Part shown: positions 9,924-19,892 of the stretch, in pieces | Layout: each line of letters starts with the position of its first letter | Position numbering within the stretch: the first letter of the stretch is position 1 | Assembly (NCBI GenBank): GCA_040387215.1 | Contig: JAZKEG010000006.1 | Coordinates: 132,092-196,091 of the forward strand | Origin: Verrucomicrobiota bacterium | GTDB taxonomy: Bacteria > Verrucomicrobiota > Verrucomicrobiia > Verrucomicrobiales > Akkermansiaceae | Length of the DNA: 64,000 nucleotides | Reading direction: 5' to 3' | The notes under the pieces: model-generated | Told to the model about the DNA's origin: nothing | What the model saw: the letters and a program-made list of their open reading frames with translations, nothing else | Database searches by the model: none | Program-made: the position numbers and the translations under genes

Positions 9924-12185
9924 ATGCGAATGGATGGCCTAAAGACGGGATTTTCAGGCTTCTGCGGCCGTCATCCTCTGTTCGTCGCGGCCTTGGTCGC
10001 CGCGGCCTGCGTTTTCATTGCTTGGAAATCGCTTCCCGCAGTTTGCCTGTTCGCGATCGTTTTGCCTGTGCTCGGCGGGCGGCTCTTGGGCTGGCGGACG
10101 GCCGTCGCTTGGTGCGTTTGCGGCGGCTTGGCCATCGCGGTTTTCACGGCGAGGACGGGCCGGCAGCGCACGGATGAGCAAGTTTTGCTCGCCGCATCCT
10201 CTGGCGATCTGCAAGGACGCTTGGTCGCAGACGCCGTTGGCAGCACGCGCTTTTGGTCAGCGACCGTGCGTCTCGCGACTGGACCGCGGCCCGGCGCTCT
10301 GGTCCGCTGGCAGGGCAGGGGAAGTTTGCCCATCGCGGGATCTTGGGTGAGAGCGCACGGCGATTTTCTGCCTTTGCCCGAGCCACGCAATCCCGGCGAT
10401 TTTGATCAGGCGAAGTGGCTGCGCAGCCTAGGCGTCGCTGCCGTTTTCGACGCCAGCCGTGTGCAAGGACGGGTGATGACCGGAACATGGGCGCAGCGAG
10501 GCGCGGCCATGCGTCAAGGTTTTCGCGTTGCGGTCACCGATGGCTTGCCGGAAGACTCGCGAGCGGCGCAAGTGATACGCGCCGTCGTCATCGGTGAAAA
10601 ACCGCCAGACGCGGAGGCGTTGGTCGCGGCGTTTCGCAACAGCGGCACCTTGCATGCCTTTTCCGTCAGCGGGTTGCATGTGAGCATGGTCGGTGCGTTG
10701 TGTTGGTTCTTCCTGCGCCACGTCGGAGTTTCGCGCCGACTCGCGGTCGCGCTGCTGCTGCCACTGATTTTTGGTTACGCATGGATCACCGGCAACACCC
10801 CGCCCGCGACGCGATCCGCGTGGATGGCGGCGGTGTTTTTGATGGCCTTCGTGCTGCGGCGAAAACCGGACCTGCTCAACTCGCTCGGAGCCGTGCTCTT
10901 GGTTGCCGCGTTGTGGGACGGTCGGCTGCTGTTCCTGCCGGGCATGCAACTTTCCTACGGTGTGGTTGCGGCCATCGCCGTCGGCATCGGCATGGCGTCG
11001 CGCTTGTTCGCGTGGATTGCCAAGCCGGAACTCTACCTGCCGCTGGCGGAAATGAACCGTGCGCAACGGGTTTCGCTGACGCTTCGCCAAAAAATTGCGG
11101 GCTTGCTCAGCGTTTCGTTGGCGGCCGGGATCGGCTCCACGCCGCTCACGATTTTCCATTTCGGCCTCGTCACGCCAATCTCGGTGCTGGCCGGAGTCGT
11201 CGTCGTTCCAATCGTCGGAGCCTTGCTCGGCCTCGCGTTGGTTTCCGCCGCACTGCACCCCTTCGTTCCCGCCGCGTCGCGGGCGGTGAACCGGGGCAAC
11301 GGGCTGCTCGCCCAGTTCTGTACCTTTGCCGCAGACGGCTTTGCCCGCATCCCTGGCGGCCATTTCCAGATGCGGCAAGATTCTCAGCCATTCCTGCTGG
11401 TCTACGATCTCCGCCATGGTGACGGCGCGGTTTGTTTCTCTGGTGGAAATGGCGCTGCGGTGCTCATCGATGCTGGCGGTGCCTACGGTTTCCAACGTCG
11501 CGTCGCGCCGTCGTTGCAGCGGCTCGGCATCGCGCCGGATTCGCTGGTTTTCACCCATCCCGACGGCGGCCATCTCGGCGGTGGGGCTGCCGTCTGGCAA
11601 GCCTTGCCCATTCGCCAAGCGCTGTTGCCCGTGGAAAAATCGCGCAGCCCGGCGTTCCGCGCTTGGCTGACGGATGCCCCTCGCGCAGGCGTTCGCACGA
11701 TGCTTGCGGTGGCCGGGCGCTCACTCTCGCTGCCAGATGGTGCGTCGTTAGAAATCCTTCACACGCCGGATCCTGCGGCGGTCAACGCTCTCGCCGATGA
11801 CCGCGTGATGATCAGCCGTCTCCATTGGCGGGGATGGAAAATTTTGCTCACCAGCGACGCCGGTGTGGGCACCGAACTGGAAATGCTCGCTGCGGGTCGC
11901 GACCTCTCCGCCGACATTCTTATCGCGGGTCGCAACGAGGCCGGCGAATCCCTCTCAGACGCCTTCCTCGACGCGGTCCAGCCGCAGCTCATCGTCGCCT
12001 CCCACGCCGATTTTCCAGCCGCTCAGAGTCTCGATCCACGCAGCGTCGGCCATTGGAAATCCCGCGGGATCCAGGTCATTCATCAGGGGCAATCCGGCGG
12101 CGTCACGATGTCCGTGGATGATGCCGGAAAGCTCCACCTGCTAGGCTTTGCCGATGGCTCGGAAGTGATTCTGCCTCGCCGTTAA
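9924..12185 (+). CDS. comEC: ComEC/Rec2 competence protein
   Basis: PRNPGDFD, GTLHAFSVSGLHV, RSAWM, QLSY; C-terminal MBL-like IDAG, THPDGGHLGG. Confidence 0.9.
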   Translation: MRMDGLKTGFSGFCGRHPLFVAALVAAACVFIAWKSLPAVCLFAIVLPVLGGRLLGWRTAVAWCVCGGLAIAVFTARTGRQRTDEQVLLAASSGDLQGRLVADAVGSTRFWSATVRLATGPRPGALVRWQGRGSLPIAGSWVRAHGDFLPLPEPRNPGDFDQAKWLRSLGVAAVFDASRVQGRVMTGTWAQRGAAMRQGFRVAVTDGLPEDSRAAQVIRAVVIGEKPPDAEALVAAFRNSGTLHAFSVSGLHVSMVGALCWFFLRHVGVSRRLAVALLLPLIFGYAWITGNTPPATRSAWMAAVFLMAFVLRRKPDLLNSLGAVLLVAALWDGRLLFLPGMQLSYGVVAAIAVGIGMASRLFAWIAKPELYLPLAEMNRAQRVSLTLRQKIAGLLSVSLAAGIGSTPLTIFHFGLVTPISVLAGVVVVPIVGALLGLALVSAALHPFVPAASRAVNRGNGLLAQFCTFAADGFARIPGGHFQMRQDSQPFLLVYDLRHGDGAVCFSGGNGAAVLIDAGGAYGFQRRVAPSLQRLGIAPDSLVFTHPDGGHLGGGAAVWQALPIRQALLPVEKSRSPAFRAWLTDAPRAGVRTMLAVAGRSLSLPDGASLEILHTPDPAAVNALADDRVMISRLHWRGWKILLTSDAGVGTELEMLAAGRDLSADILIAGRNEAGESLSDAFLDAVQPQLIVASHADFPAAQSLDPRSVGHWKSRGIQVIHQGQSGGVTMSVDDAGKLHLLGFADGSEVILPRR

Positions 12186-12814
12186 TCTTGCTTGCGGCAA
12201 CGCAGCCGGTGCATCGATTTTCCCTCGGCTTCCCACTGCACTTGGAAATCCGTTTTTGGATAGAAAAACGAATCCTCCTGCCAATCCAGCAGTTCGAGTT
12301 TGCCGAAATTGAGGACCTTTTCCCGCGCCCAGATGAAGTATTCCTCGTGGTCCGTCATGAACAGGAACTCGCCGCCCGGCACCAACGCGCGCCGCACGGA
12401 TTCAAGAAATTCCAGCTGCATGATGCGCCGCCGGTGATGCCGCAGCTTCGGCCACGGGTCCGGGCACAGCAGGTGCAGCCGCGTCACCGACGCCTCGGGC
12501 AGCAACCATTCCACGACATAGCGACTGTCCAGTCGCAGCACCCGAGCATTGAACAAGCGGTGCCGGGTGACCTTGCGGCACACCTTGCGCACGCGGCCTA
12601 ACAATCGTTCGGTGCCGATGAAATCTCGCTCAGGATGTTGCCGCGCCATTTCCATGAGAAACGATCCGTCGCCGCAGCCGAGGTCCACTTCCAGCGGCCT
12701 GCCGTCGCGGCAAATTTCATCCCGTGCCATTTCACGGAAGTAGTGCTGGGGCACGAATTCCCCCGCCATCGCCGGACGGGGAAGGACATTCAAGGGCTGC
12801 TGAATCGCGGTCAC
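12182..12814 (-). CDS. trmB: tRNA (guanine-N7)-methyltransferase
   Basis: EVDLGCGDGSF, PDPWPK.RHHRRR, MTDHEEY, TDFQ; start uncertain. Confidence 0.92.
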   Translation of the reverse strand: MTAIQQPLNVLPRPAMAGEFVPQHYFREMARDEICRDGRPLEVDLGCGDGSFLMEMARQHPERDFIGTERLLGRVRKVCRKVTRHRLFNARVLRLDSRYVVEWLLPEASVTRLHLLCPDPWPKLRHHRRRIMQLEFLESVRRALVPGGEFLFMTDHEEYFIWAREKVLNFGKLELLDWQEDSFFYPKTDFQVQWEAEGKSMHRLRCRKQD

Positions 12815-12993
12815 CCGCGCATCAAAACCTTCACTCCCCGGCCCTGACCAGCCCCGAGTGAGGAGAAATCCATGCTCATCGGCGCAGTTTCGACAATTTC
12901 ATTGCCGTCCTAAATCGCTTGTGAAAGCATCTATCTGTTAATTTCTATCGGTCTATCGATTTTCGGTGGAGTGATAGAGCTCTCTCCCTCGTC

Positions 12994-13623
12994 GTGAAAT
13001 CCATTCAAATTTCTCATGCCTCAAGCGGCGGTGCGGCCGCGTTCTCGTTGGTCGAGATGGCCGCCGTCATCGCCATCCTGCTTGTCGTCATGACTGCGGG
13101 GATTGGGTTAAGAACAGGCGCTCCCGTCGCAACCCAGCGGGTGGCGGCGGATTTGGTTTCCGCCATGGCGGACCGCGCGCGGACCTCGGCCATTTCCAAA
13201 CGATCTTCCGTGGTGATGGCCATGGCCACGCCTGCCGACTTGCCCGTCGGTGCGGACGGGCGCTGCCGAATCGGCCTGTTTCAAGTAATTTCTGAAAGCG
13301 GAGAGGCGTCGTCGCTCGTTCGCACCGTCACCCAACTCGGACGATGGCAACGGCTCGACCGCTCGATCGGATGGGCTGCCGGCAAGGTCGATGGCGCGGT
13401 CAATCCTTTCGAATCACCACGCCTCGTGTTGCGCGATGGCGAGGAAACGCTGCGGCTTCACTGCATCATTTTTCACTCCCGCGGCGGCCTGGAATGGCCG
13501 TTAGGATCGGCACCCGCCGTGATCCGCATCAGCCAGGCTGGTGCTCTTTCTTCGGGCAAGGTCGTTCCGGAAAACCGCCTGCGTGTCGGGCGCATCAACG
13601 GCAGAAGCTATCCATCGGAATGA
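12994..13623 (+). CDS. Prepilin-type (GspH/FimT-like; Verru_Chthon D-like) pseudopilin
   Basis: A|FSLVE N-methylation site, hydrophobic helix, ARTSAI motif. Confidence 0.75.
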   Translation: MKSIQISHASSGGAAAFSLVEMAAVIAILLVVMTAGIGLRTGAPVATQRVAADLVSAMADRARTSAISKRSSVVMAMATPADLPVGADGRCRIGLFQVISESGEASSLVRTVTQLGRWQRLDRSIGWAAGKVDGAVNPFESPRLVLRDGEETLRLHCIIFHSRGGLEWPLGSAPAVIRISQAGALSSGKVVPENRLRVGRINGRSYPSE

Positions 13624-14129
13624 AAGCGGCTCACGAAAGAATCGCCTTGAGGCACGGCTTCAGCCTGATGGAAACGGTCATCGCGTTGGCCGTGCTGGCG
13701 GTTTCCGTGCCGCTGGTGTTTCTCGCCCTAGAAAAAGGCGGAAGAGCGGGCATGGCCAGCGCCACCGACAGCCGCTGCGCCCGCATGGCCGATGCCTGCT
13801 TGGAGGAAATTCGAGCCTCGCAAGAAAGCCGCGCCCGGTGGCTTCCTAACGAAAATCCAGGCGCTCCCATTCCACCAGAAGGATCGTTCTGGGCCTTGGC
13901 CTTTTCTAACGAAGGTCATGTGATGGGCCAGATCAACGCCGACCAATGGGCTGCGGGTGTTGCCCACATCGACGGGGAAGCGGTTCGTTACCTCGCCAGC
14001 ATGGACTCGGATTCGCGCGTTCTGGAGGGCATGCCGGTGATGCGCCGCGTCCGCGTGACCGTGGAAGAACCGGCCGCAGCAGCGCAGGAAAATCGCGCGA
14101 AATCGAAATTCTACACGCTCATGCCATGA
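13620..14129 (+). CDS. Prepilin-type (GspI/PilV-like; Verru_Chthon B-like) pseudopilin
   Basis: G|FSLMETVIALAVL; ATGA overlap with the upstream stop; start corrected to 13620. Confidence 0.78.
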   Translation: MKAAHERIALRHGFSLMETVIALAVLAVSVPLVFLALEKGGRAGMASATDSRCARMADACLEEIRASQESRARWLPNENPGAPIPPEGSFWALAFSNEGHVMGQINADQWAAGVAHIDGEAVRYLASMDSDSRVLEGMPVMRRVRVTVEEPAAAAQENRAKSKFYTLMP

Positions 14130-14854
14130 AGGATAGAAGTCAGCAAATCGCCGGATTCACGCTGGTGGAAATGATGTTTTCACTGACGCTCGGCACCGTG
14201 ATCCTGTTAACGGCGGCAGGGTTGCTAGGTTCTTCTGGAGATGGCTACGGCAGGACCAGCGGCAGCGTGGCCACCGGGCGGGAGGCGCGTGCGTCATTGG
14301 ATCAACTCGGCACGGACCTCGCATCCGCAGTTAGCATGAAGGACGCGGTCCTGGCTACCGGATCGGGCGGAAAGATTGCATTTCTAACATTGTTGTCTGA
14401 ATCCGCGCAGTCCGACGACGGACATCTCGGCGATGCGTGCGTGGTTTCCTATCGCCTGGCCGATCTCAAAATCGGTGGCCGGACGCGGCGTTGTTTGGTG
14501 CGCAGTTTGCGGGAAAGTGGGGACACATTCAGAGCGCTCCGGGCAGGCGATTCCGCACGCGCTTTCACCGACAAGTTTTCGATCGAGGAGCCGCTCGCAT
14601 TTGATGTCGTGGGCTTTGAATCGCGGCCGAAAGTTGTCGCACTCGGCGGGGTTTGGCAGGACTGGGTGGCCGATGAAAGCGATGCGCCCGACGCGCTGGA
14701 GATCAAGCTTACGTTGGTGCGTCCGCAACTGGCAGGGCGCATGCGGACCCAGCAGGATTGGGATGCACTGGCGATGCGCAGCGGGAAAAGCCGCAATCCA
14801 GGTCTAGAAACCACCACTGCAACCCTTCGCTTTGGAAATCATGCATCGCGCTGA
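14126..14854 (+). CDS. Prepilin-type (GspJ/PilW-like; Verru_Chthon C-like) pseudopilin
   Basis: G|FTLVEMM; AR..LDQL..DL motif; ATGA overlap; start corrected to 14126. Confidence 0.78.
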   Translation: MKDRSQQIAGFTLVEMMFSLTLGTVILLTAAGLLGSSGDGYGRTSGSVATGREARASLDQLGTDLASAVSMKDAVLATGSGGKIAFLTLLSESAQSDDGHLGDACVVSYRLADLKIGGRTRRCLVRSLRESGDTFRALRAGDSARAFTDKFSIEEPLAFDVVGFESRPKVVALGGVWQDWVADESDAPDALEIKLTLVRPQLAGRMRTQQDWDALAMRSGKSRNPGLETTTATLRFGNHASR

Positions 14855-17800
14855 GTTTGATAAGCGACCTGCCGGATTCATCCTTCCCGCCGTGCTGGTG
14901 ATCGTAGCGGCATTGTTAGTTTTGGCCATCGGCACGCTGCTCGTCACGGGGATCGAACGCGACGGCGCACGCGCCGCGGCGGACCGGCATCGTGCAGAAC
15001 TCGCGGCCCGCGCGGGATTGGAGCAGCTCAGGGCCATCCTTTTGGCAGAAACGGCCAACGATGATTTCCTGATTCTTCAAGACGATAGGGCAAGTGACGA
15101 CTCCCTGCGGCAATCCGCGCCCTTCCTCTATCTGGTGCGCGGATCGGGCGGCGGCGATGCCCTTTCTTTCCGCTACCTGCCGTTGTTCAGCACGGCGTCG
15201 TTTCCTAAGGATAACGCCGATCTAACGACTCCTCCTCGGCCTCTGTTGGAAAAAGGCAAGACGACCTCGTTGCCAACCTTGCCCTGGTTGGCTCCGGTCG
15301 AGGTGGAGTGGTTGGAAATCCCGGACGAGCGAGGACGCGTGGTTTCTCGCTTCGCCTTTTGGGTGGAAGACTTGCAAGGGCGCGTGGATGCCGCCACCGC
15401 CGGCAACATCGAGGATAACGGCAAGCACCTGCGCTATGGCTGGAAAGCGGGCGACAAATCTCCGCAGGCACGCTTTCCCGCCCCTGGTTTGAACGCGGAG
15501 GAAGCTGGCCCCGCACTGGACCAAGTGGCGCTCCATACCCTCGATCCAGCGAGTGGTGCCGTGGACAGGTCTGACTTCGACAAGAATGTCATCGAAGGGC
15601 GCGCGGCCCTCATTTCGCCGGATTCTGTTTTGGCGGCGGCCGGGTTCTCGCCACCGTTGGAACGCGACAAGGATGGGCATCTGCTGGATCCATTGCGGCG
15701 GGCTGCTGAGGAGAGTTTGTCCGCCACGGTGAGGGCCTATGATGAGCAACCGCGCGTGCCTTTTGCCCATGGCATCGATGCCTCTGCGACAGGTGAGCCC
15801 AAGCGCAATTTGAACGAGCTGTTAGCGATGCCGGGCGCTAGAGCCGTGGATGAGATGGCTGCATGGTTGGTCAAATGCCTGCCCGATTTCGAAACGCGGC
15901 AGGGTGGCTTTCCCGAAGACTATGCAAAAACGTTCGCGGCGAATGCGATCAGCTATGCCTCGCCGGGAAATGCTCCGCTTGCCCGTGCAGACGTCTATCG
16001 CGGGTTAGGGAATTGTCCGGTTGTCAGCGAGATCGTGCTCGGCATCAACTACCTCGGCCACGTGATCGAGAATGGAGATAGGATCATGAACTATCAGTTC
16101 ATCTTGTTTGCGGAATTGCTCAATCACACCAACCTTCCGGTGCAGGGCGACGTGGCTCTCAGTTACGAAGTCGGGTTGAGATTGCCTGCAATGGGTGCGG
16201 CCCCAGCAGGAACCCGTTTCGACGATACGCATCTGATGAATGATGCGGCCGCTTGCAGTCATGATGTGGTGGAAAAAGGCGGCAGATATTGGTCCAAGCC
16301 GTTGGCTGTATCCCTCGCCCCAGGTGAATATCGATTCTTCCGTTTCGCAACAGTGGACTATCGCATCAACATCGGCCCGGCCAAGGTTTCGCCCATTTTC
16401 TCGCTGACCGAAGCAAGGGGCGCCGCAGGTTTGAGCGTGATGTGGAATGGCGCGGAGGTCGACCGCATTCCGTCCATCATGCGGGACAGTTATGGACTCA
16501 CCTTCAGCATCGGCGTGAAACGATTCACCGGTAAGGCGGCGATTCCGGGCCACAGTTATGGCTCGCCCGGTGAGTACATCAACAACATGGGAGATCCGCG
16601 TATCGCCCGCTATGTCACTGGCATTCCGCTTTCGGAGAATGCGTTTCCGGAGAATATCAGTCCGCACCGGCGCAATGTCCGCATGGGGACGATCTATCAA
16701 TGGGACAAAACGCCGGGCAAACTCAAGACTTACGGCCGCGTCATCCCATCCGAATGGCCAGATGGCGGCCACGACGCAGCCGTGATGCCGTGGGACAACG
16801 GCTGGGACAAGGTGCGCGAAGGCATCGTGAATCCGAAGGGCGGCGGCATCAGTGGAACAGGGCCACCCTACGATCCGACGCTCATTGGTGGAGCCACGTT
16901 GCCTGAGGAAGGCGAGGCATTGACTTATCTATCCGATCGAGGCCGCTATTTCAGCGCGACGGAGCTGGGGCGTGTTTACGATCCTGTCCAGTGGCTGCCT
17001 ACCTTTGAGCCGAAATCAGGCTTGGATTCCACCGTGTTGCGCGGCGATGGCAGCCCTGCCGCGACCAACGGACTGATGCCGGCCACAGGCGCAGCTTGGC
17101 CGTTGGTGCAGCTGGGAAATAAGGCCAGCCCGTGGTTCGGCGGAGGCAACACGCTGCGCATCGGCAGGCCTGAGCATCCTGCGTTTGATGGCGCGGCGGG
17201 CGACGCTCCATCGAAAATGCCCGGCACTCACGCGGCGAGGTTGCTCGACCTGTTTCATGCCGGGAAATCACGTTCTTCGGATGCGGCGGAGCGTGAGGGC
17301 AAGTTGGTCCGCATCGAAGGGCATGTGAATCTCAACACCGCGACCCGCGATGCTTTGCGCGCCATGGCGGCCGGTCGGCTGACGATGGATCCACGCTTGT
17401 CGAAACGCACCGCGGACGATTTCGACTCGAGAATGGCTCCGCCGGTTTCCCCGCTCGACGATCTATCAGCTCCCACTGCGGATCGCGAGGCGGACCTGGT
17501 GGCGGATGCGATTCTGCGAGGTCGTCCGTTCACGTCGCCAGCGGAAATCGTGCGGGTGACCGACGAACACGGCGAACCGGTTTTTGGCAACACTCAAGTC
17601 TATCAGGATGAGTCCAAAGTGCAGTGGTCGGACAGTGCGGCGGAGGAAATTTTTGGACGCGTTTACGAATCATCCACCGTGCGGTCACGCAATTTCCGCG
17701 TCTGGGTGATCGGCCAATCCCTGTCGCCGGGGCCATCCGGAAATCCAAAACCCGAAGTGCTCGCGGAGGTCCGCAAGGTTTATACGGTGTTCGCGGATCC

Positions 17801-17876
17801 GGGGCAACGTGATGCCGATGGAACGATCTCATCTGAAAAATTCAGAGTCTCCATCCCTCATGAAAGCGAATTTTAA
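14841..17876 (+). CDS. Giant GspK/PilX-like protein (Verru_Chthon A-like)
   Basis: G|FILPAVL (no Glu5, as in GspK), AELAARAGL, WVED.QGR, VNLNTA, RPFTS, TVRSRNFRV. Confidence 0.75.
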   Translation: MHRAEFDKRPAGFILPAVLVIVAALLVLAIGTLLVTGIERDGARAAADRHRAELAARAGLEQLRAILLAETANDDFLILQDDRASDDSLRQSAPFLYLVRGSGGGDALSFRYLPLFSTASFPKDNADLTTPPRPLLEKGKTTSLPTLPWLAPVEVEWLEIPDERGRVVSRFAFWVEDLQGRVDAATAGNIEDNGKHLRYGWKAGDKSPQARFPAPGLNAEEAGPALDQVALHTLDPASGAVDRSDFDKNVIEGRAALISPDSVLAAAGFSPPLERDKDGHLLDPLRRAAEESLSATVRAYDEQPRVPFAHGIDASATGEPKRNLNELLAMPGARAVDEMAAWLVKCLPDFETRQGGFPEDYAKTFAANAISYASPGNAPLARADVYRGLGNCPVVSEIVLGINYLGHVIENGDRIMNYQFILFAELLNHTNLPVQGDVALSYEVGLRLPAMGAAPAGTRFDDTHLMNDAAACSHDVVEKGGRYWSKPLAVSLAPGEYRFFRFATVDYRINIGPAKVSPIFSLTEARGAAGLSVMWNGAEVDRIPSIMRDSYGLTFSIGVKRFTGKAAIPGHSYGSPGEYINNMGDPRIARYVTGIPLSENAFPENISPHRRNVRMGTIYQWDKTPGKLKTYGRVIPSEWPDGGHDAAVMPWDNGWDKVREGIVNPKGGGISGTGPPYDPTLIGGATLPEEGEALTYLSDRGRYFSATELGRVYDPVQWLPTFEPKSGLDSTVLRGDGSPAATNGLMPATGAAWPLVQLGNKASPWFGGGNTLRIGRPEHPAFDGAAGDAPSKMPGTHAARLLDLFHAGKSRSSDAAEREGKLVRIEGHVNLNTATRDALRAMAAGRLTMDPRLSKRTADDFDSRMAPPVSPLDDLSAPTADREADLVADAILRGRPFTSPAEIVRVTDEHGEPVFGNTQVYQDESKVQWSDSAAEEIFGRVYESSTVRSRNFRVWVIGQSLSPGPSGNPKPEVLAEVRKVYTVFADPGQRDADGTISSEKFRVSIPHESEF

Positions 17877-18543
17877 AGTTAGGTTTGTCTTCATCGGGCT
17901 GTTTCTAGCAGGCGTTGTTCGTGTCGGCGCGGAGCCCGTGGAGCCGCTTGGCTACCTGCGCTTTGTCAACGGGATTGCAGCGGGATCGGGAATGGTCAGC
18001 GTGCGTGTGGACGGCAAAGATCTCTATCCGAATGGTTATCGTTTCGGTGCGGTGACGGGCGGCATTGGTCTCGCACCAGCCAGCCACCAAGTCGAGGTTC
18101 GGCGCGACGGCGTGAAGAGCGGGAGGGCTGAGGTGACGGTGAAAAAGGGACATGCGGCGACGGTCATTGCCTTTGCCGAGGAATTGGCGACGGAGGAGGG
18201 GAAGCCTGTCCAGTTCCGTGCGCAACTGATGACGGTCACACCGCGGGTCGTGAAAGAGGGGAAGGTGGCGACTTTCGTTTCGGTTTCTCGCGCGCCCTTG
18301 CTGCGGGTGGATGTTCGCCAACCGGATGGGAAGTGGCGGGCGGTTGAGCTTCCTCGGCTAGCAACTGCCGAAATTCCAATCTCGTTAGACCGTGGTTATG
18401 TCGCCTTGAAATCAGCAGGAAAGGCCTTGGAGGCGATTCCGGTGGCTGATTCGGGAAACTACGTGGTTGTCCTTTTTGACGATGCGCAAGGAGTGCTCCA
18501 TGCGGTGAATTTCCGCGACAGCGGTGAAATCGCCGGGGATTGA
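17860..18543 (+). CDS. Secreted beta-sandwich protein (DUF4397-like)
   Basis: Signal peptide MKANFK..VGA; YLRFVNG, V.V.VDGK pattern; overlaps the A-like stop. Confidence 0.55.
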   Translation: MKANFKVRFVFIGLFLAGVVRVGAEPVEPLGYLRFVNGIAAGSGMVSVRVDGKDLYPNGYRFGAVTGGIGLAPASHQVEVRRDGVKSGRAEVTVKKGHAATVIAFAEELATEEGKPVQFRAQLMTVTPRVVKEGKVATFVSVSRAPLLRVDVRQPDGKWRAVELPRLATAEIPISLDRGYVALKSAGKALEAIPVADSGNYVVVLFDDAQGVLHAVNFRDSGEIAGD

Positions 18544-18579
18544 GACTTTCCTTTGGCGCTTCAACCGCTAGGAAGATTC

Positions 18580-19773
18580 ATGCGCCGCCTCCGCAATGAT
18601 CTGCCCTACCGGTTCCGCCCGCCGCAAATGAACGCCTGGCTGCGACCGCTTGGGCTGGTGGTGAATCGCAAGATCCATCTGGGGCGAAAATACAACATTG
18701 GGCGTATCGTGGACGAGGGCTTCGATGCCGTTGCGAAGCTCAACGAAGCAGGTCACGCGGTGCTGCTAGGCCCTAACCACTCGGACCATTCCGATCCGCA
18801 CGTGGTGATGGAAGTGGCTCATCGTCACGGGATGAAGGCGGTTTTCATGGCGGCGCGCGAAGTTTTTGAAACGCATCCTGTGGCTGGTTGGGCGTTGCAG
18901 GGGATGGGTTCGTTTTCCGTCGATAGAGATGGGCCGGACGTTTCTGCCATCAAAACGGCGATCCAAACGCTTGAACGCGGCGAAGATCCGCTCGTCATCT
19001 TTCCGGAGGGAGAAATCTATCACCATCACCGACGGCTCGATCCGCTCAATGAAGGCGTTGCTTCCATTTTGCTCAAAACGGCGACACGGCTTGCCGCGGG
19101 AAAATCCGCCTATCTGGTGCCGGTTGCGCTGCGCTTTTCCCATGATGTTGCGGTGGAGAAAACGTTCCGCGACCGGCTATCGCGCTTGGAGGATCGCATT
19201 GGCTGGACGCCGAAGCCGAGCATGGATACCGATGCGCGCATCCTCCGGCTGGGCAGTGGCATCCTCGCGTTGAAGGAAACCGAATACCTCGGCCGTGCCG
19301 GAGCTGGGCCGATGCAGGATCGGCTCACCGCGCTGGGCGAAGATCTTTTGACGGGCGTGGAGCTGCGCTACCCACGCGACATCAAGGCGGTCACCGTTCC
19401 GGAGCGGGTGCGCGCACTGCGCTATCGCATTCGTCGAAGGCTGCTAGATGTGGAAAAGCCTCCATCGCACGACGAGCGCGAGCGCCTGCTCGACGATCTC
19501 GATCATGTCTTTACCGCACTGCAGGCACACAGCTACATCGGCGATTACTTGTTGGAGGATCCCACGTTGGACAGGCGGGCAGAAACTATTTTAAAACTGG
19601 AAGAGGACATTTTCGGTTTTCCGACCTATCCGGTGGCCCGCACGGCGCGCGTCACCGCCGGTGAACCCATCCCGGTGAGCGCGATGCTGGCGGACGGCAG
19701 TCTATCGACGAAAAGCGGCCCGCAACTCACCGCTTTGCTAGAGGAACGGATGACGGCGTTGTTGTCGACCTAA
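18580..19773 (+). CDS. 1-acyl-sn-glycerol-3-phosphate acyltransferase family protein (extended PlsC type)
   Basis: NHSDHSD (HX4D), FMAAREVF, FSVDR, IFPEG. Confidence 0.85.
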   Translation: MRRLRNDLPYRFRPPQMNAWLRPLGLVVNRKIHLGRKYNIGRIVDEGFDAVAKLNEAGHAVLLGPNHSDHSDPHVVMEVAHRHGMKAVFMAAREVFETHPVAGWALQGMGSFSVDRDGPDVSAIKTAIQTLERGEDPLVIFPEGEIYHHHRRLDPLNEGVASILLKTATRLAAGKSAYLVPVALRFSHDVAVEKTFRDRLSRLEDRIGWTPKPSMDTDARILRLGSGILALKETEYLGRAGAGPMQDRLTALGEDLLTGVELRYPRDIKAVTVPERVRALRYRIRRRLLDVEKPPSHDERERLLDDLDHVFTALQAHSYIGDYLLEDPTLDRRAETILKLEEDIFGFPTYPVARTARVTAGEPIPVSAMLADGSLSTKSGPQLTALLEERMTALLST

Positions 19774-19793
19774 TGCTAGGTTGAGGGGGATTT

Positions 19794-19891
19794 TTGAAAA
19801 GAAGTTCGCGAAGGCAGCGAAGTGATGGATTCGTGTAAGAAACTCTTGATGGGCTATCTCCCCTTCGTTTCCTTCGCTTCCTTTTGTTTAA
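19794..19891. repeat. Imperfect 29-bp inverted-repeat element with 9-nt GAAG periodicity
   Basis: TTGAAAAGAAGTTCGCGAAGGCAGCGAAG (19794-19822) vs reverse complement of CTTCGTTTCCTTCGCTTCCTTTTGTTTAA (19863-19891), 21/29 matches. Confidence 0.55.
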
Positions 19892-19892
19892 G

